Of a stretch of DNA of 64,000 bases, positions 1-10,353 are shown one piece after another (position 1 is the stretch's first letter; every line of letters starts with the position of its first letter). Under the pieces are notes generated by a model. The model ran no database searches, had not been told where the DNA came from, and saw nothing but the letters and a program-made list of their open reading frames with translations. The translations under genes were made by a program, and so were the position numbers. The DNA is taken from the IMG/VR virus record IMGVR_UViG_3300022868_000009, positions 186,001 to 250,000 of that record; one strand, written 5' to 3'.

Positions 1-1638
1 ACCTGGTGTGCTTTCTGTACCTTCATATGTTAATATATCTTCTGAACCTTTCAACATATAAACTACATCAACTCTACCTACTGTAGAACCTGTAGTAACC
101 AATGTTAATGGCTCGAATTGAACTGTTGTTGTACCCGTGTCTAATGTTTGTTTTGTGTCTGCAACAAAATATGGATCAGCACCAAATGAAAAGGCTTGAT
201 TATTTATTGTTGCTAAAACATCTGTTGTTATAGTTATTCCAGAAACTGCAGTTCCATTAGGATCTAATAATGTGAAATTATTAATACCAGGAGCAGAAAC
301 TGAAGGATATACTACTGTATATTCTAAAGTAGAATCAACACCAGTGAATGATTTATTGAATGTTATGGTTGCACCATTTATACTTGTGATAGCACTTACT
401 ACTGTAGAAGATGCCAATGTATCACCACTTACAATACTCGTAATGTAAAGATTTTCAAATGATGTATCACCTGTGACAACATCATTAACATACCAGTTTG
501 TGAATCCACCTGTTGTTCTACCGTAACTAGCATTCCATGCAGCTGTTAAATCTGCATCATAATTAGCAAAAACGTTTGATTCTGCATCTAAGAACTTATT
601 AGCCAATGATACAGTTTCTGTAACTGATTGGTTATATGACATAAAATTAATACTATCTAATTGAGTACCAACTAATCCGTCACCAATTATATCAATTTTA
701 CCGTTTGGATAATCTGCACTCATTAATAAATCTTCATTATATGAGCAGAAAATACCTGTTTTATCTGTGTCTGCATTAATATTACTCTTAATGTAAAGAT
801 CTCTATTATTTAAATCTCTAAAGTAAGGTAATAGTGATGTATCATAATATCCTAATATTGTTATGTTAGTTTCAGATATGAAATCACTAACTGTTCCTTT
901 AATTAAACCTGTAGTATCAAAATAAGAACTCCATGTTGTATCAACTGATAATGAATTATAATCTGTCCAATCACCTTCAACTATAATAACTGTAACTAAA
1001 TAATCTGAAATCCAGTCAGTTGGATTAATATAAGTAGGAACTTTAGTTCTACCACCATACCACCATTCGGCAGTAACATCAAATCCTGTTAAACTTGATT
1101 TAAACATAAATACTGTAACAGCCTTGTTGTTAAGGTTTGTAAAATTAAGTAATCTATCATCTGACCATGTTGTTAGACTCTTAAGATAATCTTGGAATGC
1201 AATATCATCTCTTTCCCAGAAATCTTGTCTATTGAATATCTTACTATATGGTATAGTAACTTTTGTACCTTGTGAAGTTGGATAGTTTGCATATTGAGAT
1301 GCAACTGACATTGAATCATATTCAATTAGATCTCTCGTATCATTAGTTGACAGTAAATTAAGTGCCCAAATCGGACCACTCTGTAACATTTTTAAACATG
1401 TTCTGTGGAAATAAGAACCTTTGTTTTCTAATTGTCTATCTAAATCACCGAACACAGTTGCAAACGTAGTTGGATTGTCTATATAAACTGGCTTATTGAT
1501 AGGCCCTTTCTTTGAAAAACCTGGTACTAGATTTATAAGAATATCTTGTACTGGTAACTCAATAGGTGACTGATTTATTTCTTCTATGAAAATGTCAGGT
1601 CTTTTATATTTTCCTAAATCTTTTTGTTGAATTGGCAT
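1..1638 (-). CDS. Contractile tail sheath protein (T4 gp18-like), 5' part; runs off window start
   Basis: Not in ORF track; CAT at 1636-1638 reads MPIQQKDLGKYKRPDIFIEEINQS...LVPGFSKKGPINKPVYI...FATVFG, the typical sheath N-terminus; TTAATATATA late motif at 1661-1670 (minus). Confidence 0.88.
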   Translation of the reverse strand, partial: MPIQQKDLGKYKRPDIFIEEINQSPIELPVQDILINLVPGFSKKGPINKPVYIDNPTTFATVFGDLDRQLENKGSYFHRTCLKMLQSGPIWALNLLSTNDTRDLIEYDSMSVASQYANYPTSQGTKVTIPYSKIFNRQDFWERDDIAFQDYLKSLTTWSDDRLLNFTNLNNKAVTVFMFKSSLTGFDVTAEWWYGGRTKVPTYINPTDWISDYLVTVIIVEGDWTDYNSLSVDTTWSSYFDTTGLIKGTVSDFISETNITILGYYDTSLLPYFRDLNNRDLYIKSNINADTDKTGIFCSYNEDLLMSADYPNGKIDIIGDGLVGTQLDSINFMSYNQSVTETVSLANKFLDAESNVFANYDADLTAAWNASYGRTTGGFTNWYVNDVVTGDTSFENLYITSIVSGDTLASSTVVSAITSINGATITFNKSFTGVDSTLEYTVVYPSVSAPGINNFTLLDPNGTAVSGITITTDVLATINNQAFSFGADPYFVADTKQTLDTGTTTVQFEPLTLVTTGSTVGRVDVVYMLKGSEDILTYEGTESTPG

Positions 1639-1781
1639 AGTTAATACTTTATTTTTTACCTATATATTAAATATATTTTTCGAATTATCTTCAACTATTA
1701 TATATAAAGTTGAAAATGTAACAAATTTCGTAAAATAAAATAGGTAGGATTTTCATTACCATCCGTATTTTTAATTATATA

Positions 1782-2972
1782 TTAAATTAAATTTCTCAAA
1801 TGATAATTGAAAACTAACTTAACCTCTTCTGAATATTTTTTTGGATATACTACAGAATCATGAATAGTAAAGATCTTAATGTGTGGATATTTCTTTGCAA
1901 TATCGCTCACAACCTTACCATAAATAAAATCACTTTCCATTCTCTGCAATTTATGACTCAACGATTTATAAGTATCGTCTAAACTTTTTAATTCTTTTAT
2001 ATACTCTAAAACACTCGGGTATAATTCACCAAAAATGTTATTTTCTCTGTTTCCATTATTATTTCCAAATAAAACCTTAAACATCATCAACTTAGCATCA
2101 GTCCTTGTTTTAAGTTCAAGTGGAAATCTTTCAGTAAATTCATCATATATTAAACCATTTTTAACAATATCAATAAATCTTATAACTTCTTCATTTAATT
2201 CATCTATCTCTTGTTTTAAATATAAACCAAAAAAGAAAGGTTGTGAATTTTTAATATCAACTTCATCAACAGGCTCACCATCAATCTTCAAAAATCTATT
2301 TCTAATTTCTTTTTTAAGTATCGTAAAATTAGTGTGCATTCTACCATAACCATCAAATTTAAAAAATATATTGCCTGTTTGTATTCCATCGACACTATTA
2401 TGATTACGTAAATATTTACTATTCTCCATTTCACCATTTTCCCATAAATCATCAATATAATCTATCGACTTTTGATAATCTATCTGTACATAATATAAAT
2501 AATCAATTAATTTCTTTCTAATTTCAATATCTATTGGACTATTAACATAGGTTGTAAATGATCTCTCTAAATAATCCTTTTGATATTTTTTCATTAAGAT
2601 TTTATCATCAACCACACATTTAGTTATTTCTAAGTCTGTTATATTTAATTTATATGTTTTGGCTTTTTTTGAAACATAATAATTAGAGACCAAAGTCATA
2701 AATCTTTTTTCAATTAAATAATTAATATAATAATTATAATATTTTCCATATTTATTTCTTAATAATACAGACCATAAATTAAATTTAACTTCATTAGTAA
2801 AAAAATATTTTATTACTAACTCATGAATTATATTTATTAAGTAATCTGTTTTTAAATTAATACCATTATATGGTATCTTCTTTATTCCAGTTAAATATTC
2901 ATATTCTTTTGGAATAAATTGATATAAATATTGTCTATCTTTTGGTAAAATTATATTTGTTTTATGGAACAT
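1782..2972 (-). CDS. Minimal family-A (PolA/T7 RNAP-fold) polymerase-like protein
   Basis: GRMHT, motif A-like DIKNSQP, motif B-like RTDAKLMMFKVLFG, LQRMES and motif C TIHDS; no exonuclease domain. Confidence 0.7.
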   Translation of the reverse strand: MFHKTNIILPKDRQYLYQFIPKEYEYLTGIKKIPYNGINLKTDYLINIIHELVIKYFFTNEVKFNLWSVLLRNKYGKYYNYYINYLIEKRFMTLVSNYYVSKKAKTYKLNITDLEITKCVVDDKILMKKYQKDYLERSFTTYVNSPIDIEIRKKLIDYLYYVQIDYQKSIDYIDDLWENGEMENSKYLRNHNSVDGIQTGNIFFKFDGYGRMHTNFTILKKEIRNRFLKIDGEPVDEVDIKNSQPFFFGLYLKQEIDELNEEVIRFIDIVKNGLIYDEFTERFPLELKTRTDAKLMMFKVLFGNNNGNRENNIFGELYPSVLEYIKELKSLDDTYKSLSHKLQRMESDFIYGKVVSDIAKKYPHIKIFTIHDSVVYPKKYSEEVKLVFNYHLRNLI

Positions 2973-3167
2973 TAATGAAATTATTTTTTCTTTTGAATTT
3001 AAATTATTATTTTAGAAAAGTTTATGGTTAAATTCTTAAGATGCATCAAAAGCTATTTCCACATGAAACGAAGATTTGGTGCAAAATTATGATAGTATTC
3101 TAATTAATTAATTTTTTTCTTTAAGAAAATTTTCTTATTTTAGAAGAACATTAAAACGAAAAAAATT

Positions 3168-3758
3168 ATGGATGAAAATATAAAAAAATCATTAGAATCT
3201 TTAAGTAAATCTATTTGTTCAAAACTTGTAGATAAAAATATAAATTTAGATGAATTAATTTCTAATCATTTATCAACTATTAAATTGCTTTATCCTGATG
3301 TTGAAAATTTAGAAAAAATATTTACTGATATTGTTCTTAAAGAATCAAAAAAGTATTATGAATCAAAGAAATTTAAAGTAAGATGTATAAAAACACATAA
3401 TACATTTTCACATAAATATAATAGAGGTTCAATTTATACTGTAATTGATGAATTTAAACAAGTTGGTATACATAATAATGATGATGAAGAACATTATTAT
3501 AAAATTAAAGATGATAATAATAAAATTGTATTAGTTGAGCCAAATCATTTTATTAAAATTGAAGATGAAGAAAGTTTAGCAGATATGAAAATAGAATATG
3601 TAGATGATGAATTAATAATTTCTACTTATGATGGACAAGCATTAAAAATAGAAAGAAAAAATATTGATATTTTTTTAAGAGAATTACATAAATATTCTTC
3701 ATCGTATATTAAAAATGATAAATTAGAAAAAACTTTAATATTTTTTGAAAGTAAATAA
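3168..3758 (+). CDS. Hypothetical protein
   Basis: 196-aa ORF after early-type promoter at ~3135. Confidence 0.6.
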   Translation: MDENIKKSLESLSKSICSKLVDKNINLDELISNHLSTIKLLYPDVENLEKIFTDIVLKESKKYYESKKFKVRCIKTHNTFSHKYNRGSIYTVIDEFKQVGIHNNDDEEHYYKIKDDNNKIVLVEPNHFIKIEDEESLADMKIEYVDDELIISTYDGQALKIERKNIDIFLRELHKYSSSYIKNDKLEKTLIFFESK

Positions 3759-3802
3759 AGACAACAAATTAAAAATAAATAAATTAAATAAATTAAATTA
3801 CT

Positions 3803-4321
3803 ATGAGAAACAGAACAAAATACAAAAACATTTTTATTGCTTTAGGAATAATTTTAATAATTGTTGCTGCTATAGCTGCATTTCAATTTTCATCGTCAAA
3901 TTCGGTTATTACTGATAATAAAACACTAGAATCAAAAAACAAAAAATATGTAAAATTATTAACAAATAATAAAAAACTTGTTGAATCGAAAGATTCAACA
4001 ATAATTTCCCTGAAACAGAAATATAACAAATTAAATACATCATTTGTAGATTCATTAGAAAATTTAGAAACAAAATATGCATCAAGGACAATTAAAAATA
4101 ATCTTAATTTAAATTCAACTTATTGGTATGTATATTTCGAAACATCTAAAATTAGAGGATATGATATAATTAAATTAAAATCTGATTGGAATTTAAATGA
4201 AGCATTTGAAAAAATTAAAAAATCATCAGAATTAAAAGACGACGATTTTATCGGAATCCAAAGTAGATGGCAAACTTCTGAGTGGGATTATATAAAATAT
4301 TATAAAAAATTAGAAGAATAA
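3803..4321 (+). CDS. Membrane-anchored coiled-coil protein
   Basis: N-terminal hydrophobic helix IFIALGIILIIVAAIAAF followed by coiled coil. Confidence 0.65.
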   Translation: MRNRTKYKNIFIALGIILIIVAAIAAFQFSSSNSVITDNKTLESKNKKYVKLLTNNKKLVESKDSTIISLKQKYNKLNTSFVDSLENLETKYASRTIKNNLNLNSTYWYVYFETSKIRGYDIIKLKSDWNLNEAFEKIKKSSELKDDDFIGIQSRWQTSEWDYIKYYKKLEE

Positions 4322-4974
4322 TGAAATCGTACCCACATCTATATTACTGGAATAAAGGCATAATGGGAGAACCTATTTATGCCTTTAATAAATTTGATGG
4401 CTCAAATATTAGAGCCGAATGGTCAAGAAAATTAAGTAAAAAAACTAATTTCACTAATGGTTTTGGTAAATTTGGCACAAGAAAACAATTAATTAACCAC
4501 GTCAATGAACAATTTGGAGAGTCCGTTGATATCTTTATGGATAAATATTCAGAAGATTTAGATAAAATTTTCAGGGAAGATAAACAATTTAGAAATATGA
4601 GAACAATGACTGTTTTCATGGAATATTTTGGTGAAAATTCATTTGCTGGATTTCATGAACCTAGTGATGAAAAAGATGTTGTAATATTTGATGTAATGCA
4701 ATTTCAAAAAGGCTGGGTTAAACCAAAAGATTTTGTTAATACTTTTGGACATTTACATATACCAGAAATAGTTTATCAAGGTAATTTGAATATGGAGTTT
4801 GTAAACAAAGTTAAAGAAGATTATTACAAACTTGATGAAGGTGTTGTAATAAAAGGTATAAGAAAAACTAAAGGTCAAGATATTGTTTGGATTGTAAAAT
4901 GTAAAACAAATAAATGGATTCAAAAAGTTAAAGGAAAATATGGACAAACAGCCATAGACAAAGAATTTAACTGA
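4321..4974 (+). CDS. RNA ligase-like nucleotidyltransferase (adenylation domain only)
   Basis: Motif I KFDGSN, III FMEYFG, IIIa IFDV, IV EGVVIK, V VKCK. Confidence 0.78.
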   Translation: MKSYPHLYYWNKGIMGEPIYAFNKFDGSNIRAEWSRKLSKKTNFTNGFGKFGTRKQLINHVNEQFGESVDIFMDKYSEDLDKIFREDKQFRNMRTMTVFMEYFGENSFAGFHEPSDEKDVVIFDVMQFQKGWVKPKDFVNTFGHLHIPEIVYQGNLNMEFVNKVKEDYYKLDEGVVIKGIRKTKGQDIVWIVKCKTNKWIQKVKGKYGQTAIDKEFN

Positions 4975-5050
4975 GGGAGGCGAAGCCGTATTAAAAAAAG
5001 ATATTTCGAAGGTGATACAAGTCTATTATAAAATATCCATTGATAAACCG

Positions 5051-5122
5051 TTAACAATATAAGAAGTTTCTGAATTCAAATCTTTTAAGATTGATGTCTG
5101 TGAATTGTTCAAAGGTTTTCAT
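5051..5122 (-). pseudogene. Micro-ORF or frameshifted remnant with capsid-targeting-like N-terminus (MKTFEQFTDINLKRFEFRNFLYC)
   Basis: Hand translation; ATG 3 nt after the stop of 5126..5497. Confidence 0.4.
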
Positions 5123-5125
5123 ATA

Positions 5126-5497
5126 TTATCCAGCTCTACCAGGTTTGTGAAGAGTAGTGAAACGTTTCCATTGACTTATGAAATCAGGTTTACTATTAGT
5201 TTTAGCTATTTCCGATTCTTTCTTGTTCTTTTCTCTTTCTCTTCTATTTCTCTCAATGGTTGATTTAGTATCAGATTTTTCTTTTTTATCAATTTTTTCA
5301 TCTTCTTCATCAAGTAAATCTATATCATCTTCATGAAGATCAACTACACCAGCATCACTAACTGTATCTTTACTAGGAGCACCAGTTTGACCTGCACCAA
5401 ACCAATTAGAATTACCATCTAATCTATTATTTGCAGTATTAGATTGATCTAATGGAACATTATGTTGCCATTCTAAATAAAATTTTAAATGTTTCAA
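5126..5497 (-). CDS. Putative internal virion protein (MKHLKFYLE tag)
   Basis: TTG start, TATATA motif at 5516-5525, tag motif. Confidence 0.6.
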   Translation of the reverse strand: MKHLKFYLEWQHNVPLDQSNTANNRLDGNSNWFGAGQTGAPSKDTVSDAGVVDLHEDDIDLLDEEDEKIDKKEKSDTKSTIERNRREREKNKKESEIAKTNSKPDFISQWKRFTTLHKPGRAG

Positions 5498-5560
5498 AAC
5501 TATTTTAATTTTAACTTATATATAAAAAACACACAAAGGAAATTTAAAAATTATTAATTT

Positions 5561-5785
5561 ATGAGTATATTTATTGTTACTTATTTAAGTAAATCAAAAA
5601 AACCTCAAACGAAAAAATTTACAACATCAGCTAATTCTAGTGATGATGCGTCTTTTAATTTTAGAAAATCTGGAATTAAATATTTAAAAGTTTTCAACAT
5701 TAAAGAATCAACATCAAACTGTTTAGGGAATATTTTTCCTGATTTACAAAATCTTAAAGATAAATTAGAAAATGAAGAAAATTAA
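5561..5785 (+). CDS. Hypothetical protein
   Basis: ORF overlapping next gene. Confidence 0.55.
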   Translation: MSIFIVTYLSKSKKPQTKKFTTSANSSDDASFNFRKSGIKYLKVFNIKESTSNCLGNIFPDLQNLKDKLENEEN

Positions 5786-6065
5786 AATCAATTTTACATT
5801 AATAATAGCAATATTAAACACATTTGCTTTTATAATTAATCCACTATCTATTATAGGTCTAGTAAATTTATTTTTTGCAATTTACTTCATAAGAAGCGTT
5901 TATAAACATTATAGGAAAAAATATGTGGAAAAAATTACTATTAAAAAGAAAAAAGAAGAAGAATTTGTGAAAAATTTTAGAAATTCAATAAAAAAACACA
6001 AAAAATTCGAAAAAGAATATGATTATATCAAAATTGATAAATCACCCGTTGAATTTAGAAATTAA
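5772..6065 (+). CDS. Small membrane protein
   Basis: Two N-terminal hydrophobic segments, basic tail. Confidence 0.55.
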   Translation: MKKIKINFTLIIAILNTFAFIINPLSIIGLVNLFFAIYFIRSVYKHYRKKYVEKITIKKKKEEEFVKNFRNSIKKHKKFEKEYDYIKIDKSPVEFRN

Positions 6066-6968
6066 TTTAGTAACTAATTTACTTCCTGAATTTGTCAAAC
6101 TAAATAACTTATTATCATTTTGATCTATTAATCCACGGTGATATAATTCAATTATATTATTAACTAATTCTTTAAAATCTAATTTATGTAAATATAAATC
6201 ATTTTTTAAAAATGATATTTTTCTAGGTTTAATATATAGTTTATATAATATTGCAAATTCTAATTTTGTCACCTTATTTGAACTATACACAAATCTTTCA
6301 TATAGAAATTCTACATGAAATTCTTCATTATTTCTAAATATTTTCATTATTAAATTGTCGAATTTATTTTTAATCTTATTAAAAATATCAGTTCCATAAT
6401 ATTTTAAACCAACTAAAGTAGCACCAACTCCAGTTAAGGTTACAGATTTTAAAAATTCTACTAAATTTATATCATTTATATTTACATCTACTAAAACACT
6501 AATAAAAGGTACTAATAAAATAGAATAAATAAATAAATCTCTTATTCCTTTTATAACTTTACCAAAATTACTAGCTAATATAGAAAATAATTTTTTTACA
6601 TTTTTTATAACATCAATAATCATTTTTAACAATTCATCTAAGCCTTTTTCATTAATAATTAATTTTGCTTTATGAATAGAATTTTTATTTTCTTTTAATA
6701 AAATTGCTAAAGCTGTTATTGTTAATAAAATAATATCAAAAACTCTTAATTCATATCCTGTATTCTTAATAATACTCTCAATAAAAGGGTAAAAAGCAGT
6801 AACGGATGTACCAAAAGTGGCTATGAAATAATAATTTAAACCTATTTCTTTAATTACATTTTTTTGTTCTTTTTGCCAAGTTGAAATTTCTCTTTTTTCA
6901 AATAATTTATACAGAATCTCACTTTCATTATCTTCATTATAACTTTTATAAGAATTAATATGTTTCAT
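6042..6968 (-). CDS. Multi-pass membrane protein with virion-tag N-terminus (MKHINSYKSYNE)
   Basis: About 4 hydrophobic helices; TAATATATAG just upstream. Confidence 0.65.
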   Translation of the reverse strand: MKHINSYKSYNEDNESEILYKLFEKREISTWQKEQKNVIKEIGLNYYFIATFGTSVTAFYPFIESIIKNTGYELRVFDIILLTITALAILLKENKNSIHKAKLIINEKGLDELLKMIIDVIKNVKKLFSILASNFGKVIKGIRDLFIYSILLVPFISVLVDVNINDINLVEFLKSVTLTGVGATLVGLKYYGTDIFNKIKNKFDNLIMKIFRNNEEFHVEFLYERFVYSSNKVTKLEFAILYKLYIKPRKISFLKNDLYLHKLDFKELVNNIIELYHRGLIDQNDNKLFSLTNSGSKLVTKLISKFNG

Positions 6969-7076
6969 AATATCTATATATTATTTTTTTATTTATAAAA
7001 AATTTTCTATATTGAATTAGGAAAATAAAGAAAAAAGGAAAAATTCAACCTTATTTAAATTTAAAAATATAATTAG

Positions 7077-7931
7077 ATGGCAGAAAAATTCAATTTTACT
7101 AAAACATATGATAAAGATAATATTTTTAACACATTAAACAATTTAAAAATATATCAACAAGGCAACTATATTATCACCAATTATAAAGGTAGACCTATCA
7201 GTGAAACAAAGGTGACAAATAAATATCAAATTTTTGACTTTTCTTCATTTGCAAAAGAAATTGTTGGGGAAGTTGAAAATTATTTTACCCCAGAAACATA
7301 TAAACTAAGAATAAGAAAAGGTATTCAAGAACTCAGATTAATTGGCGAAGAAGTTTATATAAACGGTGAACAATATCATAAAATGTTAAATATTTTAAAC
7401 TCAACAGATAAATCAAGAGCATTACAATTAAATATTGGTCTTATTAGATTTATTTGTACAAATGGTGTAATTGCGGCAGTTGAAGACGAATATACAGGTT
7501 TTAAAAATAAACACTATAAATCATCATTGCCTGGTGCTGTTGAAGATTTTATGAAAAACCTTAACAAATTCAATATTATACTTGATAAACAATCAACTAT
7601 AATTGAAAGTTTATCAACAAATATAATTTCATTACAAGAATTAGCTGCAAAGTTAACTTTAGATGAACATGGTGTTATCAAAGAAAACAGACTTCTTAAA
7701 TTGAAATCTTTTACTAAAAAATTATTAACTTCAAAAACAGATAAATTAAATATTAAACTGTTAAACGAAGAACAAATTAAACTATTAAATTATCCTGAAA
7801 TATTTCAATCTACGAAAGTTGATATCGAAATACCAGCTTATCAAGCGTTTAATAACTATACAGAATTATTCAGAGAATATGATAGTTCAGTAATTAAAAG
7901 AGAAACAAATAGAATATTAGAATTAGTATAA
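7077..7931 (+). CDS. DUF932/DUF945-like protein
   Basis: NS.D.S and RFICTNG motifs typical of this family. Confidence 0.65.
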   Translation: MAEKFNFTKTYDKDNIFNTLNNLKIYQQGNYIITNYKGRPISETKVTNKYQIFDFSSFAKEIVGEVENYFTPETYKLRIRKGIQELRLIGEEVYINGEQYHKMLNILNSTDKSRALQLNIGLIRFICTNGVIAAVEDEYTGFKNKHYKSSLPGAVEDFMKNLNKFNIILDKQSTIIESLSTNIISLQELAAKLTLDEHGVIKENRLLKLKSFTKKLLTSKTDKLNIKLLNEEQIKLLNYPEIFQSTKVDIEIPAYQAFNNYTELFREYDSSVIKRETNRILELV

Positions 7932-8072
7932 AGAATTTTTGAAAAAATTTGTATTATTTTCAACTTTTAAATATATTTATAATATATAATAGAATGTTTT
8001 TTAACAAAAAAGAATTATAAAAAATATCATTAATTTTGTTATTGGCATTGTAACTAAAAAACAAAAAGTTTT

Positions 8073-8669
8073 ATGGGAAAAAATAAACATGAAGTCAAAT
8101 TCAAAGAAGCAACTGGACAAGAATTTTCTAAATTTTATCAAGATCAAATGCCTAGATTAACTTGGCATCTTTCAAATTATACAAAAGATTTTGAAGTAGC
8201 AGAAGATTTTGCAAATGACGCATTTGAACAAGCCTTAAAAAAAATTGAAACTTATGATAAAAATAAGTCTCAAATTCAAACTTGGTTATACACAATTGCT
8301 AGACACATTGTTATTCAATCTTGGAATAAAAAGCAAAAAATGCCATCCGTCTCAATTGATAAAGAATATGACGTAAACCTTTCATTAAGTACTTTTTTAC
8401 CTTATGAAGATGGAAAAGAAGATTTAGAAAAGTATAATACTTATGTTGAAAAGGCTAAGATTATAAAAGAAGTTATTAAAAATCTTCCTCCTAAATACAA
8501 AGAAGTCATGGAATTAAGAGAATTAGATAATATGCAATATAAGGAAATTGCGAAGTATCTTAAGAGAAACGAATCTACTGTTAAATCTCAAATTCGAAAA
8601 GGACGTGAATTAATAAGAGATAAAGTGCAGAAAAAATTCGATTACATTGATAAACATGGACTGGAATAA
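8073..8669 (+). CDS. ECF-type RNA polymerase sigma factor
   Basis: Region 2 AEDFANDAF...TWLYTIARH; region 4 LPPKYKEVMELR...YKEIAKYL...STVKSQIRKGR. Confidence 0.9.
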   Translation: MGKNKHEVKFKEATGQEFSKFYQDQMPRLTWHLSNYTKDFEVAEDFANDAFEQALKKIETYDKNKSQIQTWLYTIARHIVIQSWNKKQKMPSVSIDKEYDVNLSLSTFLPYEDGKEDLEKYNTYVEKAKIIKEVIKNLPPKYKEVMELRELDNMQYKEIAKYLKRNESTVKSQIRKGRELIRDKVQKKFDYIDKHGLE

Positions 8670-8678
8670 CCCAATATT

Positions 8679-8706
8679 AAAGAGCCTTGTTTTTACAAGG
8701 CTCTTT
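8679..8706 (+). terminator. Intrinsic terminator
   Basis: AAAGAGCCTTGT-TTTT-ACAAGGCTCTTT perfect 12-bp stem after sigma gene. Confidence 0.85.
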
Positions 8707-8738
8707 CTACTTAAACTTATTAATAAAATTAACATATA

Positions 8739-8948
8739 ATGAGTAATATTTCGAAAGAAAATAAAAAATTAGCTAAAAACTGGTTTATAAAAAACATTGA
8801 TAAATATAATCTATCAACTTGGGATGATGAAGATGATTCATACAAATTATTTGAAGATCTACATAAAGATACAAGCATTAATTATGAAGATAAATTATAT
8901 TATAGAGAAGTTTTTACATTAGCCATGAAAATAAAAGATGAAATATAG
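8739..8948 (+). CDS. Hypothetical protein
   Basis: ORF in overlapping gene run. Confidence 0.55.
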   Translation: MSNISKENKKLAKNWFIKNIDKYNLSTWDDEDDSYKLFEDLHKDTSINYEDKLYYREVFTLAMKIKDEI

Positions 8949-9273
8949 AGTTTTTAAAGAAAGTATAGGATGGAGTGAAGGTTTATTTATATTTCCATTT
9001 GAAATTAAATTTAGTGAAATTAGTAATTTTCCACAAACACATTTTATATGTAAAGATAATTATTTAGGAGAATTTACATTTGATTTAAAATTTTTAAAAA
9101 TTTTAAATCAAGGTAAAATTAATGATAAAACTTTTTGGTTTGAATATTTGTTCGAACATGATTCAGATGATTCAATTAAAAACAAAAAAGAACCTTTAAT
9201 GAGAGAAGAACCTAAAATTGTCCCTAAAATAGTTCCTAAAAAGCAATTACCTGAAAATGAAAGTCTATTTTAA
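8938..9273 (+). CDS. Hypothetical protein
   Basis: ORF, TAATG coupling to next gene. Confidence 0.6.
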   Translation: MKYRVFKESIGWSEGLFIFPFEIKFSEISNFPQTHFICKDNYLGEFTFDLKFLKILNQGKINDKTFWFEYLFEHDSDDSIKNKKEPLMREEPKIVPKIVPKKQLPENESLF

Positions 9274-9614
9274 TGTGTAAAGTTGTTCATTTTAAAAAAG
9301 ACAATTATGATATTTATATTGGTCGTTTACCTAATGATGAATATAATAAATGGTCTTATCCAAAATGTTTATCTGAACAAATGTCAGGTGTTACAAGAAT
9401 AGAGAAAATAAATGCTTATGAATATTATTTAATTAATAATGAAGAATTGATGAATAATTTACATGAACTTAAATATAAAACTTTAGGATGTTGGTGTAAA
9501 GACAAAGGAGGCGGAGGTAAAAAATGTCATGGAGACATAATTAAAAAATACGTAGATAAATTAGAACTTAAAGATAAACAAAAAAATCTTAATTATAATG
9601 ATTGGGATTTTTAA
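9273..9614 (+). CDS. DUF4326-family protein
   Basis: YDIYIGR ... LGCWC ... CHGD motifs. Confidence 0.8.
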   Translation: MCKVVHFKKDNYDIYIGRLPNDEYNKWSYPKCLSEQMSGVTRIEKINAYEYYLINNEELMNNLHELKYKTLGCWCKDKGGGGKKCHGDIIKKYVDKLELKDKQKNLNYNDWDF

Positions 9615-9692
9615 AGAAAAATGATTTGGAATTGATTTTTTTTAACAAAAAAATTTAGTATTTTAGTAATAGGTAAAAAAAAAGAATGATAT

Positions 9693-10085
9693 GTGATGAA
9701 CAAAGATAAAATAATACCTACTCACAATGGTTTAGAAAGAATAAGAACATATACAATAGAAGAAGTTTTTAAATGGATTGACGATAATCCAAGAAAAACA
9801 TACTGGGAAGACGGAGAATATAGGATTAAAATGACACGAGCAAAAATTTTTAAAAAGAAAGGATTAATTTGCTCTATATGTGGGCTCGAAGGACTCTATT
9901 TTATATTAGAAAAAGATAAAGGCGGTGGTATACACTTAGATTTATATGGTTTAGAAAATGAAGTTGAAATATTACTCACAGTTGACCACATAATTCCTAA
10001 ATCTAAAGGTGGTATAAATAATATAATAAATTATCAAACCATGTGTAAATATTGTAATGAATTAAAATCAGATGATAACTTTTAA
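9693..10085 (+). CDS. HNH endonuclease
   Basis: CSIC ... TVDHIIPKSKGG...NYQTMCKYCNELK. Confidence 0.85.
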   Translation: MMNKDKIIPTHNGLERIRTYTIEEVFKWIDDNPRKTYWEDGEYRIKMTRAKIFKKKGLICSICGLEGLYFILEKDKGGGIHLDLYGLENEVEILLTVDHIIPKSKGGINNIINYQTMCKYCNELKSDDNF

Positions 10086-10098
10086 AAATTAAAAAATA

Positions 10099-10350
10099 AT
10101 GAAAAACGAAAAAACAAACAAAGAAGAAATAAAAATTAACGGTAAAGATCTTTTAAGTAAGATTAAAAAGGTAATTAAAGAAGGTAATGTTAAAAAAATT
10201 ACAGTCAAAAATTCAAAAGATGAATCAGTATTAAGTATTCCTGTTACAGCAGGTCTATTAATGTTAGTAATTGCACCTTATCTTATAATTATAGCATCTC
10301 TTACTGCTTATGCTATTGATTATACACTTGTAATTGAAAGAAAAGAATAA
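10099..10350 (+). CDS. DUF4342-like small membrane protein
   Basis: KIKKVIKEGNVKKITVK...IPVTAG plus hydrophobic tail. Confidence 0.75.
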   Translation: MKNEKTNKEEIKINGKDLLSKIKKVIKEGNVKKITVKNSKDESVLSIPVTAGLLMLVIAPYLIIIASLTAYAIDYTLVIERKE

Positions 10351-10353
10351 AAT

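Noticed and set aside
4979-4987. GGC-GAA-GCC mini-hairpin resembling N4 virion-RNAP promoters or origin hairpins
   Set aside because: Only a 3-bp stem and a single occurrence; likely chance
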